Below, piece after piece: positions 39,683-49,128 of a stretch of 49,349 bases of DNA (the first letter of the stretch is position 1; each line of letters begins with the position of its first letter). Source of the DNA: a candidate division WOR-3 bacterium 4484_18 (GTDB lineage: Bacteria; Hydrothermota; UBA3073; NMUJ01); NCBI GenBank assembly GCA_002256535.1, contig NMUJ01000003.1, positions 1 to 49,349 of the forward strand. The letters run 5' to 3'. The position numbers and the translations under genes are program-made. The notes below the pieces were generated by a model. It did not search any database and had not been told where the DNA came from. It saw only the letters and a program-made list of their open reading frames with translations.

Positions 39683-39722
39683 TACATTATTCTGTTAAAC
39701 ATGAGATACATTATTTTGTTAA
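39683..39722. repeat. 16-bp direct repeat (15/16 identical) upstream of the S8 peptidase gene
   Basis: TACATTATTCTGTTAA (39683..39698) and TACATTATTTTGTTAA (39707..39722), with starts 24 bp apart. They lie just downstream of a TTGACA at 39667..39672. Confidence 0.8.
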
Positions 39723-39756
39723 TGGTGAAAACTTAACATTTTAGAAAGGAGAGGTA

Positions 39757-42189
39757 ATGTTTTTGTTTATTTTGATGATCTTGGGGATAACTCAATATGT
39801 AGCGGATGAATTGGTCATCAAAGTGGATGAGCTCATAGCTGAACAGCTAAAACATGGTGATATAACGGCGTTACTACCCGCGGGTGTGGAGATTGAGAAA
39901 TTGGAGCCACTTTTCCCTGGTATGCACACAAAGAAGGGGGGTGAATTACTTGATAGATGTTTTAGGTTGAAGCTCGGCAGAAAGGAGATACTCGACCCCG
40001 CCATGGCTAAACTTAAGGCTTTACCGGAGGTTGAAGACGTGCAACCTATCGCTATACATGAGTTCGATATCCTACCCAATGATCCTGGGTTTTCAAACCA
40101 ATGGTATCTTCACCAAACAACCGACCATGATATAGATGCACCTGAAGCGTGGGATACAACCACAGGCTCGAACACAGTGGTGGTGGCTGTGGTAGAGACA
40201 GGTATCCAGTACACGCACGAGGATTTGGTTGACAACATATGGGATAACCCTAACGAGATACCGAATAATGGTGTGGATGACGATGCAAATGGTTACGTAG
40301 ATGATACGTTAGGGTGGGATTTTGTCGATGGCCAGATGGGTAGTTATTCATGGTGGCCAGGTGAAGATTCGCTCACGGAGGATAATGAGCCGTTGGATTT
40401 CAACGGCCACGGTACGCATGTGGCCGGTATAATAGGTGCGGTTACAAATAATAACATCGGGGTGGCAGGTGTTAATTGGGACGTTAAAATAATGTGTTTA
40501 AGGGTGGGAGGCTCAGTCAATGTAGGTGGTCAGGAACGCGGTGTATTGCGAACAAGTTGGGCAGCAAAAGCTATCGTCTATGCGGTAGATGAGGGTGCCC
40601 ATATAGTTAACTGTTCGTTCGGTACATCAGCGAGTGGTGGGTTACCCTATGCTGCATGGTATGCAGAGCAGAATGGTGTGCTCATCGTACATAGTGCAGG
40701 TAATGAGAATTCGGAGACAGCGGACTATTTTGGTACACGTGATGAGATATTGAATGTAGCAGCCACTGATTCAAGCGATCAGAAGGCGAGCTTCTCAAAC
40801 TATGGGGATTGGGTGGATGTATCAGCACCGGGGACATATATCTACAGCACGTATTCGCGATGTGGTACAATAAGATACTGTGATACTGGATATACCTACA
40901 TGTCGGGTACCAGTATGGCCACCCCCGTAGTGGCAGGTATAGCGGCGTTGGTTAAGGCCAGACAACCCTCATGGACGTCCAAACATCTATATGCAAGGGT
41001 TTACGGTATGGTCGATACTATAGATCACCTGAACCCCAGTTATGAGGGTAGACTCGGCTCCGGTCGTGTCAACGCCTACCATGCAGTGAACTTCGCATCA
41101 ACATTTAACCCGCAGATAGATGCCGATACAATAAGGGTGATATATACGTATACACCGAAAGCAACAGTTATAGATTCGATATATAATCATACCTACTATA
41201 GGGATAGGAGATCGAGTTCATGGACCACACCTGACTACTACGTAGCGGCTAAGCTAACACCAAGATGCCACCCCTGTACGGTGGATTCGATTGAAATACG
41301 ATTCTATGTGTATAATGGTGAGCCGTCAGATTCTGACACGGTGTTCATATGGACAGACAGTGGCGGTGAACCCGGCACCCTACTACGTAGTGTGGTGTGG
41401 GATATACCCGAAAGTAGTGATTGGTACCTGCAAACGGTGAGGATCGATCCACCCATAACGATAGATACAGGTAGCTTCTGGGCAGGCTATAGAGCGTTTG
41501 CAATTGGTAATAATAAACTAAAATTGGTAACCGATACATCGGTCAGATATCCGGTTGAGGGTATCAACAAATACAGTAGTGACAGACAAACGTGGTACAC
41601 CTTTATAGACCAAAACGGTAACGAGCGGGATTTCATAATAACCGCATTCGTCAGATACGGCGGTAAAATAGATAGTGGGTGGGTCAAAAACGTGGGTAAC
41701 TTTACGTTGAGGGTGGCAAGCTCCGCAACCCAGGATACGAACTGGATAATAGGGTGGCAACCACGTAGGTTTGAGATCGAGCCAGGTGAGTCGTTAGCTA
41801 TACATGTGGAGGTTGATACTACTCTATCGGATGGTACATATTCAGGTAGTATCACCCTTTACACGAACGATCCAGATGGCAATCCGTTCCTATTGCCGGT
41901 GGAGTATACAGTCTCACCTGTGGGTATTGCTGAAAGGGTGGAGCCATTCCGTGTACCTGAGTTAGTGGTCTACCCAACTATAGGTGTAGGTGTATTCCAT
42001 ATAAAGTATTCAGTTGCACACAAATGTAGGTTGACGGTATACGATGTAGTGGGTAGAAAACTATACAGTATACCTGTGGAACGTACTGGTAGCCATGTGT
42101 GGATGGTATCAAGCGATTTCAAACCTGGCGTATATTTCATACACCTGGAAGGTACCACACTCGTGAGTAAGGTTATATTGCTACGGTGA
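39757..42189 (+). CDS. secreted subtilisin-like (S8) peptidase with T9SS-type C-terminal sorting domain
   Basis: N-terminal signal and propeptide; HGTHVAG, AGNEN and GTSMATP. The last ~75 aa (VYPTIG...[14 protein letters not shown]...[11 protein letters not shown]...) resemble Por/T9SS C-terminal domains. The Asp-box position reads VVETG. Confidence 0.85.
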   Translation: MFLFILMILGITQYVADELVIKVDELIAEQLKHGDITALLPAGVEIEKLEPLFPGMHTKKGGELLDRCFRLKLGRKEILDPAMAKLKALPEVEDVQPIAIHEFDILPNDPGFSNQWYLHQTTDHDIDAPEAWDTTTGSNTVVVAVVETGIQYTHEDLVDNIWDNPNEIPNNGVDDDANGYVDDTLGWDFVDGQMGSYSWWPGEDSLTEDNEPLDFNGHGTHVAGIIGAVTNNNIGVAGVNWDVKIMCLRVGGSVNVGGQERGVLRTSWAAKAIVYAVDEGAHIVNCSFGTSASGGLPYAAWYAEQNGVLIVHSAGNENSETADYFGTRDEILNVAATDSSDQKASFSNYGDWVDVSAPGTYIYSTYSRCGTIRYCDTGYTYMSGTSMATPVVAGIAALVKARQPSWTSKHLYARVYGMVDTIDHLNPSYEGRLGSGRVNAYHAVNFASTFNPQIDADTIRVIYTYTPKATVIDSIYNHTYYRDRRSSSWTTPDYYVAAKLTPRCHPCTVDSIEIRFYVYNGEPSDSDTVFIWTDSGGEPGTLLRSVVWDIPESSDWYLQTVRIDPPITIDTGSFWAGYRAFAIGNNKLKLVTDTSVRYPVEGINKYSSDRQTWYTFIDQNGNERDFIITAFVRYGGKIDSGWVKNVGNFTLRVASSATQDTNWIIGWQPRRFEIEPGESLAIHVEVDTTLSDGTYSGSITLYTNDPDGNPFLLPVEYTVSPVGIAERVEPFRVPELVVYPTIGVGVFHIKYSVAHKCRLTVYDVVGRKLYSIPVERTGSHVWMVSSDFKPGVYFIHLEGTTLVSKVILLR

Positions 42190-42190
42190 A

Positions 42191-42264
42191 CGCGCCTGGA
42201 GGGACTCGAACCCCCAACCAGCGGATCCGAAGTCCGCTGCTCTATCCTATTGAGCTACAGGCGC
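42191..42264 (-). tRNA. tRNA-Arg (anticodon UCG)
   Basis: The reverse complement GCGCCTGTAGCTCAATAGGATAGAGCAGCGGACTTCGGATCCGCTGGTTGGGGGTTCGAGTCCCTCCAGGCGCG folds as a cloverleaf with anticodon loop CTTCGGA. No CCA is encoded. Confidence 0.9.
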
Positions 42265-42272
42265 CAAAACAG

Positions 42273-42346
42273 TGCCCCCAGGAGGGATCGAACCTCCAAC
42301 CCTCGGATTAGAAATCCGATGCTCTATCCGATTGAGCTATGGGGGC
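42273..42346 (-). tRNA. tRNA-Arg (anticodon UCU)
   Basis: The reverse complement GCCCCCATAGCTCAATCGGATAGAGCATCGGATTTCTAATCCGAGGGTTGGAGGTTCGATCCCTCCTGGGGGCA folds as a cloverleaf with anticodon loop TTTCTAA. Confidence 0.9.
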
Positions 42347-42382
42347 GATTATCACATTTATAATAAAAGGAATCGACGAACG

Positions 42383-42763
42383 TCAAGCCTCACCTCGGAA
42401 TGGATGTGTCAAAAGTGTATTTAATGTCGTACGTAGTTTACCCCGTTTCCATGCTATGATAATGGTTAGGTTGTCACAAAATTCTGATATCACCTGTAAG
42501 CACGCGCCACATGGGTAGACAGGTATATCCGTGGGTGTATAGACGGCGAGCAGCTTGAACTTCCTGTGGCCGTGACTCAATGCGTTAAATACTGCAACAC
42601 GTTCAGCACACATTGTCAACCCCAATGATGCGTTCTCAACATTCGTGCCAGTGAATATTTGGTCATCCTCGGTAAGTATAGCTGCACCTACACTGAAGTT
42701 TGAGTAAGGAGAATACGAAAATTTACACGCTTCTTGGGCTGCTTGGATCAATTCATCCTCCAT
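42383..42763 (-). CDS. cdd: cytidine deaminase
   Basis: 126 aa, SPYSNFSVGAA, CAERVA and PCGACLQ zinc motifs. Confidence 0.9.
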   Translation of the reverse strand: MEDELIQAAQEACKFSYSPYSNFSVGAAILTEDDQIFTGTNVENASLGLTMCAERVAVFNALSHGHRKFKLLAVYTPTDIPVYPCGACLQVISEFCDNLTIIIAWKRGKLRTTLNTLLTHPFRGEA

Positions 42764-43609
42764 ACCTTAAAATTAATCTGGGTTGCCATACCGCAAGCTG
42801 AGTTAACTTTACAAATGTTAACCATTCTAAAGCTTCGTGCTATACAGTTGGGTACATTAGTACGGCGACGTCATCAAGTACGTGATAACCTTATAAATAT
42901 TACTGGTAATGCGTCAGGCATATGGCGTAACTTCGTAAACTTTGCCCTCACCTATGCAGATTTTTTGGCAATACCGCGGATGAGGTGCGAGGATTTCAAA
43001 AAGCTCGCCCAACCAGAAGGGCTACAGTATCTTGACGAGGCGCTCAGCTTGGGTAAAGGTGTAATCTTCATCAGCGCACATATGGCAAATACTGAGCTGG
43101 CTGCTTGCTATATTACAAGCTATGGTTACGATACGGTTACAGTGGCTGAGCTACGTGGGACAGGTGCACGCTGGTATGAGGTGATGAATAAATTCCGTTC
43201 CCATACAGGGATGGAGGTGTTACCGCTCGAGGATACGAGCACCCCTAAACGTATAATAGAGCGGTTACGTGCTAATAAAGTGGTGGTGTTGTTGGGTGAC
43301 AGGGATATCACAGGCAGTGGGGTAGAGGTCTGTTTCTTAGGTAAGAGGATGAATTTACCTAAAGGGCCGGCACGGTTGGCGCTTGTCACGGGTAGCCCAA
43401 TAGTTACCGCATTTTTGGTGAAAGATGGTCCCAGATATAAAGCATGGATCGATCCCATAATCGATTACAGACCTACTGGTAACAGAGAAAGGGATATCAA
43501 AAACATTACCCAGATGATAGCTAAGAGGATTGAAGCTGTAATCCGAAAGTATCCACACCAGTGGCATGTATTTCAAGTAAAATGGGACGAACTCACAAAC
43601 TGCGTATAG
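42734..43609 (+). CDS. LpxL/HtrB/PatA-family lipid acyltransferase (start uncertain)
   Basis: SAHMANTE (HxxNxE, like HLGNWE), LLGDRD and PKGPARLALVTGSPIV. The annotated 5' end overlaps the divergent cdd start, so the true start is probably downstream (for example the ATG near 42815) or the 5' end is missing. Confidence 0.75.
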   Translation: MGCLDQFILHTLKLIWVAIPQAELTLQMLTILKLRAIQLGTLVRRRHQVRDNLINITGNASGIWRNFVNFALTYADFLAIPRMRCEDFKKLAQPEGLQYLDEALSLGKGVIFISAHMANTELAACYITSYGYDTVTVAELRGTGARWYEVMNKFRSHTGMEVLPLEDTSTPKRIIERLRANKVVVLLGDRDITGSGVEVCFLGKRMNLPKGPARLALVTGSPIVTAFLVKDGPRYKAWIDPIIDYRPTGNRERDIKNITQMIAKRIEAVIRKYPHQWHVFQVKWDELTNCV

Positions 43610-44618
43610 CGCTTGTGTCAAGCCATTACTATCCACATGTGGGAGGGGTGAGTATGATGTGATAAGGGTAGGTAAAGCTATGTTGTTCCCAATACCGTTG
43701 AACTTATCGTTTTCGAGGTTCACAATAGGTGGAAAGTTACATGGTGAGCTCAGGAGGGTGTTGAAGGAAGGTAAATTCGACCTGATACATATCCATGAGG
43801 GGTTGGTACCGTTTTTGCCACTACTTACGATAAGGTATTCTGATGCACGTAAGGTGTTGACATTTCATGCGGGGTTCGATAGAAGCCTATGGTATGGAAT
43901 TATGCGACCTATACTTGAGCCATACTTTAATGAGCTCGATGCGGTGATAGCGGTTTCGGAGGTAGCAGTTAATTCACATAGACAGTATTTCCCTGGTAAG
44001 TATAGGGTTATACCCAATGGGGTTGATGTTGGTAAATTTCAACCTACAGGCAAAAAGGTAGAGGCATTACTCAAATATAAGTATAGGGTGTTGTTTGTTG
44101 GTAGGTTGGAACCACGGTCGGGCTTACCGTATCTGTTGAAGGCGATGACACATGTAGTGCGTGCTGTACCTGAAGTGGTGTTGGTTGTTGTGGGTGAAGG
44201 TCCTTACCGATATAAATATCAAAGGATGGTACCTCCACACGTAGCTCAGCACATAATATGGTGTGGCCGCGTACTGCCTGAGTCTGGCTTACCGTGTTAC
44301 TATAGGACGGCTGACTTGTTTGTGGCACCTTCACCCGGTGGACATTCGTTCGGCATCACGTTGTTAGAAGCAATGTCAACCGGCATACCCGTGGTGGCAT
44401 CCTCGATACCTGGCTACAGGCAGCTCGTTGACGATGGTGAAACCGGTTTACTTGTACTGCCGGGTGATGTGAACGCATTAGCTGAGAAGATCATCATGTT
44501 GCTCCATGATACGCAGTTAAGGCATATACTTGGCAGTAATGGACGTCGCAAGGCGTTACGGTTTGCTTGGGATAAAGTAGCCGATGCTGTGGAGAAGGTT
44601 TATTACGAGCTGTTATGA
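43582..44618 (+). pseudogene. GT4 glycosyltransferase, PimA-like, with ~35 codons missing and a frame change near the N-terminus
   Basis: Frame 1 from ATG 43582 reads MGRTHKLRIALVSSHYYPHVGGVS. Frame 2 reads EYDVIRVGKAMLFPIPLNLSFSRF...IHIHE...TFHA...IPNGVDVGKF...EAMSTGIPVVAS, collinear with PimA as I recall it. Confidence 0.75.
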
Positions 44619-45367
44619 CGGTGGTGCTCGCTTACCATAAGCTCACAAGATGGGAATGGGGGGGTACTTGGGTGTTACCTAACGAGTTCAAAAAGCAGCT
44701 GCAATACATAAAGTCAAGAAATATAAGGGTTGTAAAGCCTGAAGAGTTTGATGTGGATTCCAAACGTACAGGTATACTCATAACGTTTGATGATGGGTAT
44801 GCTGATATATACAAGGTGGCGTTCCCGTTATTGGAAGAGTTGCATTTCAGTGCATTGGTGTTTCTTGTGGTCAACTATATCGGTAAGGAAAATATATGGG
44901 ATGCCAACATAGGGTTCAGACGTTACAAGCATCTTAATTGGCATCAGATACGTGAAATGCAACGTTATGGTATAAAGTTTGGGTCACATTCGTTGACACA
45001 TCCGGATTTACGTAAAGTAGCACGTGTCACAGCAATCCGTGAGATAATGGATTCGAAGAGATTGCTCGAAGATAAGTTAGGTGAATCTGTGGATTACTTT
45101 TCGTATCCGTTCGGTCTATATAATGAGGAGCTTGAAGATATGGTTGCGACCGCAGGCTATAAATGTGCGTTTTCACTTAATCCATTCTCAAGCTCACGTT
45201 GGAGCTATGGCAGGTTAGCGGTTTATGTTATTGATACACTATGGTGGTTTAAAAATAAGATTTATCCGAGCTCACCACTATTTAAGGTGGAACAATTTAA
45301 ATCACGTGCAATAAATCGATTCGGGGCACTCACATTTATTTGGAAACAGTTGATCACTCGCGTGTAA
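44615..45367 (+). CDS. polysaccharide deacetylase (NodB homology domain)
   Basis: ITFDDGYADIY and HSLTHPDL. ATGA overlap with the GT4 stop. Confidence 0.85.
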   Translation: MTVVLAYHKLTRWEWGGTWVLPNEFKKQLQYIKSRNIRVVKPEEFDVDSKRTGILITFDDGYADIYKVAFPLLEELHFSALVFLVVNYIGKENIWDANIGFRRYKHLNWHQIREMQRYGIKFGSHSLTHPDLRKVARVTAIREIMDSKRLLEDKLGESVDYFSYPFGLYNEELEDMVATAGYKCAFSLNPFSSSRWSYGRLAVYVIDTLWWFKNKIYPSSPLFKVEQFKSRAINRFGALTFIWKQLITRV

Positions 45368-46084
45368 GCTGTGCAAATATCTCCTCAAGGGATAAATGTT
45401 TGCTCTCCAACCCCCATAGGGTCCAGCCACGCTCTTTGACGAAGTTGAAAACCTGCGGCCGTATATCCGTATGGCTTTTGAGCTCCCATACATGGCGAGA
45501 TTCGATGGACTTCACAATCTTAGCATCTATTACGTCTGGTATTACAGACCAATCAATATCCGTTGGCCCTTCTATCTCGGCATGGATGATGGCCTCACCG
45601 CCTGAAATTTCGTGCAATTTATCACGTGGTGTGTCAGCAACTATCTCACCTTTGTGAATAATGATGATACGTTTTGCGATAGTTTCAGCTTCCGGCAGTA
45701 TATGGGTTGATAACAGGATGGTTTTCTCTTTGCCAAGCTCATTTATGAGTTCACGTACTTGTATGCTTTGGATAGGGTCGAGCCCTTCGGTGGGAATGAT
45801 AGATATTCACGTGGTGTCATCTCCTCATAGAGGGGGTTGGTTTCTGGTAAATATCCTATGAGTTTCTTAACTTCAAGTGGATGTTCGATAATGTTGTAAC
45901 CACCTATTTCACAGTATCCGCTCGTTGGTGGGAAATAGCCCGTAATTACACGTAGGGTGGTGGTTTTGCCCGCACCGTTGGGCCCTAAGAATGCAACTAT
46001 TTCACCTTTTTCTAATTTGAACGATATATTGTTGACAGCTATGAAACCATCATATGCTTTGGTTAAATTACGTACTGCGATCAT
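45354..46084 (-). pseudogene. ABC transporter ATP-binding protein (GldA/ABC-2-type-like) with an internal ~70-codon gap and frame change
   Basis: Walker A GPNGAGKTT. Frame 1 ends ...TPREYLSF. Another frame resumes at PTEGLDPIQSIQVRELINELGKEKTILLSTHIL. The Q-loop distal part, the LSGG signature and most of Walker B are absent. Confidence 0.8.
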
Positions 46085-46092
46085 TGCTTCCC

Positions 46093-47583
46093 CTACTTTT
46101 TTAGCAAGTAAAAGGAGATACGGAGATGTTCGTCAGGTTTTATAGTCACTTCTCTTGTCATCGATACATAATCTGGACTCTCCACAGCTATTGTATGGGT
46201 ACCAGCGGTAAGTTCGAGTTTAAGCTCCTCACCCGTATATGGTAGTTCTTGGTCATCGATCTTAACAGTAGCGGATAGTGGTTGCTGTGTCTCCATATCA
46301 AATATTCTGATTGTAAGGTGTGCACCTACTTTTCTATTTAAGCTAAGGGTGAGTTTGAGCCTTTCAGCTTCACCAATAGAGACGGGATATCTCAGAGGTA
46401 CATAGTTGGTTTTGCGAACCTCAATCTCGTAATCACCAGCTTCTAAATTATCGAAAGCGAAGTATCCATCGGTATCTGCATTCATACTGTGGATGACTAA
46501 GTTGCCCTTAAATAGTGTTACAGCAGCACCAGGTAGCGGTTCATTAGTGGCTGCATCGATTATTCTGCCTGCAATAATGCTCTTCTCAATCTCAACAGCA
46601 GGCTGCCTTTCACGGAAATTGGTTATACTAAGGTTTATACACCAAGGAGGTGCTACACCCCAACCTGCGGTGAGGTTGAGATCAGCTACCCGTTCATCCG
46701 TAAGTGGAAACTTCACACTGTATACATCTGTGGAAGGATGTAACGAAAGCCTGAAATCCGCTGAAAGCGAAATTTCATAGTTACCCCTGAGTAGTACGAT
46801 GCCAGTGCTCAGGAAATAACCCTGATATATACAGGGTTCCCAGTATGTGAACCCTACATTGCCACGACTACCGTATATGGAGAGTTCCGCAAATAAGCGT
46901 ATACTGGTGAAGTATTTTGTGATACCCGTGAATGCTGCCACCTGTAGCGAAGGTAACACCCCTTTATTAAGTGTCCTTGTGTAGAGTAACCCCTGTAAGT
47001 TAGTGTGCCAGATGTAATCCTGTGCGATATATTGTGAAAATAGCATCCTCAACCCTACATTTATACCGCCAGCAGTAAAGTAACGGAAGGCACCGCCTTC
47101 GTTCCATATTTCAGCAAGTTGGTGATCCACCTGTGGTGATGTCCTACGTGCACCAGTTGGTAATTGTAAAATAGGTGCTATTGATATCCCCCTACGCGGG
47201 GTCCCATATACGGATAGGATGCTTATGATGGAAAGGTCCCCCAACCCTGCACTCATCCTGTAATGAGAGTCGGGTAACCTCACAGCATCTATGTACAGGG
47301 GTAGCTGTGCCAATATACGTAATTTGCCAGCTTTCTGGATACTACAGTGGAGAAGGAGATCGCTACCCATGAAAAGTAGGTTGTTGTTGCCTAAGTACTC
47401 ACCATGAACTGTGGTAATATCGGTGAGATAGTAACGTAAACGTTCGCCAAAAAATCGGTAGGAAGTGCCCACCCAGAATGTTTGTGGATAATCCGTGAAA
47501 GCTGAAAGTGTACGTTGACATCCACACGGATCTGTTATTAACCCAACCACACAATAAAAGATAAAGTAACTCATAAAATACAT
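46093..47583 (-). CDS. outer-membrane-like beta-barrel protein with two C-terminal carboxypeptidase-regulatory-like (CarboxypepD_reg) domains
   Basis: 496 aa with an N-terminal hydrophobic leader and a beta-rich aromatic region. The C-terminus has GRIIDAATNEPLPGAAVTL...DTDGYFAFDNLEAGDYEIEV and a second similar module. Confidence 0.55.
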   Translation of the reverse strand: MYFMSYFIFYCVVGLITDPCGCQRTLSAFTDYPQTFWVGTSYRFFGERLRYYLTDITTVHGEYLGNNNLLFMGSDLLLHCSIQKAGKLRILAQLPLYIDAVRLPDSHYRMSAGLGDLSIISILSVYGTPRRGISIAPILQLPTGARRTSPQVDHQLAEIWNEGGAFRYFTAGGINVGLRMLFSQYIAQDYIWHTNLQGLLYTRTLNKGVLPSLQVAAFTGITKYFTSIRLFAELSIYGSRGNVGFTYWEPCIYQGYFLSTGIVLLRGNYEISLSADFRLSLHPSTDVYSVKFPLTDERVADLNLTAGWGVAPPWCINLSITNFRERQPAVEIEKSIIAGRIIDAATNEPLPGAAVTLFKGNLVIHSMNADTDGYFAFDNLEAGDYEIEVRKTNYVPLRYPVSIGEAERLKLTLSLNRKVGAHLTIRIFDMETQQPLSATVKIDDQELPYTGEELKLELTAGTHTIAVESPDYVSMTREVTIKPDEHLRISFYLLKK

Positions 47584-47598
47584 AATAATGTGATTAAA

Positions 47599-47627
47599 TG
47601 ATCGTCAAGGATTGATTCAGTTGATTT
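47599..47627. promoter_or_regulatory. shared intergenic motif, copy B (bidirectional promoter region)
   Basis: TGATCGTCAAGGATTGATTCAGTTGATTT in the 47-bp divergent spacer. The first 11 nt are identical to copy A at 27899, and GATTGA and GTTGA recur. Confidence 0.35.
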
Positions 47628-47630
47628 GCT

Positions 47631-49016
47631 ATGAAACCATGTAAATTAAATAAAATGGTGAACAAGGTGAAAGATACCATAGAGAAATATCGTATGATAG
47701 ATCATGGGGATAAAGTTCTGCTTGCGGTGTCAGGTGGGCCAGATTCCGTCTGTATGGCACATGTATTGTGTAGAATCGCACCCGAGTATGGGTTAAATCT
47801 ACATTTTGTCTATTTCGATCACGGTATTAGAGAGGCCACACACAAGGAGATGGAATTTGTGAGAAATATGGCAAAAGGGCAAGGTTATGGTTTCACATCT
47901 GGTAAGGCCGATGTGCCAGGTTATGCGAAGCTTGAGGGTATATCGATCGAAGAAGCTGCCCGTAGATTAAGATATAGGTTTCTTGAGGAAGTAGCTGATA
48001 GCGAAGGTTGCGATAAAATAGCACTCGGTCATACAGCTTCGGATCAGGTTGAAACCTTAATCTTCAGGCTTGCAAGAGGTACTGGATTGCGTGGGCTTAC
48101 ACTTATACCACCAAAACGTGACAGATACATAAGGCCACTGATTGAGATAACTCGTGAACAGGTACTTGAATATCTCAGGCAAGAAAACATACCGTACATG
48201 TTGGATCACTCTAACTATTCGCTGGAATATACACGTAATTTTATAAGGCATCGTATAGTGCCATTGTTACGGGAACTCAACCCCCACGTAGAGAGAAGCA
48301 TCTTACGGTTGCGTGAGATTGTGGAAAGAGAGGTAGCCGAGCGTATACGTACGGTTAGGGAGCTATGGGCACAACTCATAGATGAGGACAAGCATGGATT
48401 ATTTCTGAAGCTGGAACCGTTTTCTGAGCTACATGATGCGATCAAATGTTGGGTTATAGAAGAGGCGATAATAAAGGTTAGGGGAGGGTTGGATAAAATC
48501 GAGAAGCTACACATAGAGCAAGTATTGAAATTTATAGCCAGCAGAAAGACCGGCGATAGGATCGAGCTACCCGGTCTCTACATTATTAATTATTATAATA
48601 AGGTATTAATAGCACCAAAGTTGCCGGAGGAGGCCATACCATCACCTGTGGAGTTACCAGTAGAAGGTGAAGCCACGTGGGGTGATTATAGATTTGTTAC
48701 ACGTATTGTATCCAGGGAGGAAAGGTTGATGTTCTCTCCATATGTCGCATACTTCGATATGTCGAAAATCGACCCACCCCTCACGATACGTGCACGACAG
48801 CCGGGTGATCGCATGCGTATATTTGGTAAGGGGTATTTGAAGAAATTGCAAGATATATTTGTTGACCTGAAGGTACCACGTTATGTGCGCGATATTGTGC
48901 CATTAGTTTGCGACAAAAACCACATATTGTGGGTGGTGGGATACAAAAGATCCGTATATGCTGCTATCACACCAACCACTCAGGAGGTGCTCGAAATTAA
49001 AGTTACCCAAAAATGA
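47631..49016 (+). CDS. tilS: tRNA(Ile)-lysidine synthase
   Basis: 461 aa with PP-loop LLAVSGGPDS, then ...ALGHTASDQVETL. Start possibly at an internal Met. Confidence 0.9.
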   Translation: MKPCKLNKMVNKVKDTIEKYRMIDHGDKVLLAVSGGPDSVCMAHVLCRIAPEYGLNLHFVYFDHGIREATHKEMEFVRNMAKGQGYGFTSGKADVPGYAKLEGISIEEAARRLRYRFLEEVADSEGCDKIALGHTASDQVETLIFRLARGTGLRGLTLIPPKRDRYIRPLIEITREQVLEYLRQENIPYMLDHSNYSLEYTRNFIRHRIVPLLRELNPHVERSILRLREIVEREVAERIRTVRELWAQLIDEDKHGLFLKLEPFSELHDAIKCWVIEEAIIKVRGGLDKIEKLHIEQVLKFIASRKTGDRIELPGLYIINYYNKVLIAPKLPEEAIPSPVELPVEGEATWGDYRFVTRIVSREERLMFSPYVAYFDMSKIDPPLTIRARQPGDRMRIFGKGYLKKLQDIFVDLKVPRYVRDIVPLVCDKNHILWVVGYKRSVYAAITPTTQEVLEIKVTQK

Positions 49017-49073
49017 ACTATATCGATGAATACTGATAGTGTACGGCATCGGGTGAACTCACCTGTTGTAGGG

Positions 49074-49102
49074 TTGACAAATTTTTAACCTAATTATTTT
49101 AT
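49074..49102 (+). promoter_or_regulatory. candidate sigma70-type promoter
   Basis: TTGACA (49074..49079), then 15-17 nt to TATTTT/TTTTAT (49095..49102). GGAGG and an ATG lie downstream at 49129. Confidence 0.35.
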
Positions 49103-49128
49103 ATGAAAGTGTTCAAAAAGGAGGGAAG

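Noticed and set aside
42191-42346. Genomic island, integrase or CRISPR next to the tRNA-Arg pair or the tmRNA
   Set aside because: No integrase, transposase, direct repeat of tRNA or tmRNA 3' ends, or spacer-repeat array is visible. The flanking genes are housekeeping genes.
42764-42830. Possible additional missing-segment junction at the 5' end of the acyltransferase gene. The expected N-terminal TM segment is not evident, and the ORF overlaps the divergent cdd start.
   Set aside because: I cannot identify two conserved halves flanking a break. An internal ATG start near 42815 is an adequate explanation.
745-46084. Programmed ribosomal frameshifting or recoding as the explanation for the split genes
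   Set aside because: At each junction, conserved family segments of 15-100 residues are missing in all frames. I also saw no slippery heptamer or common motif at the junctions.
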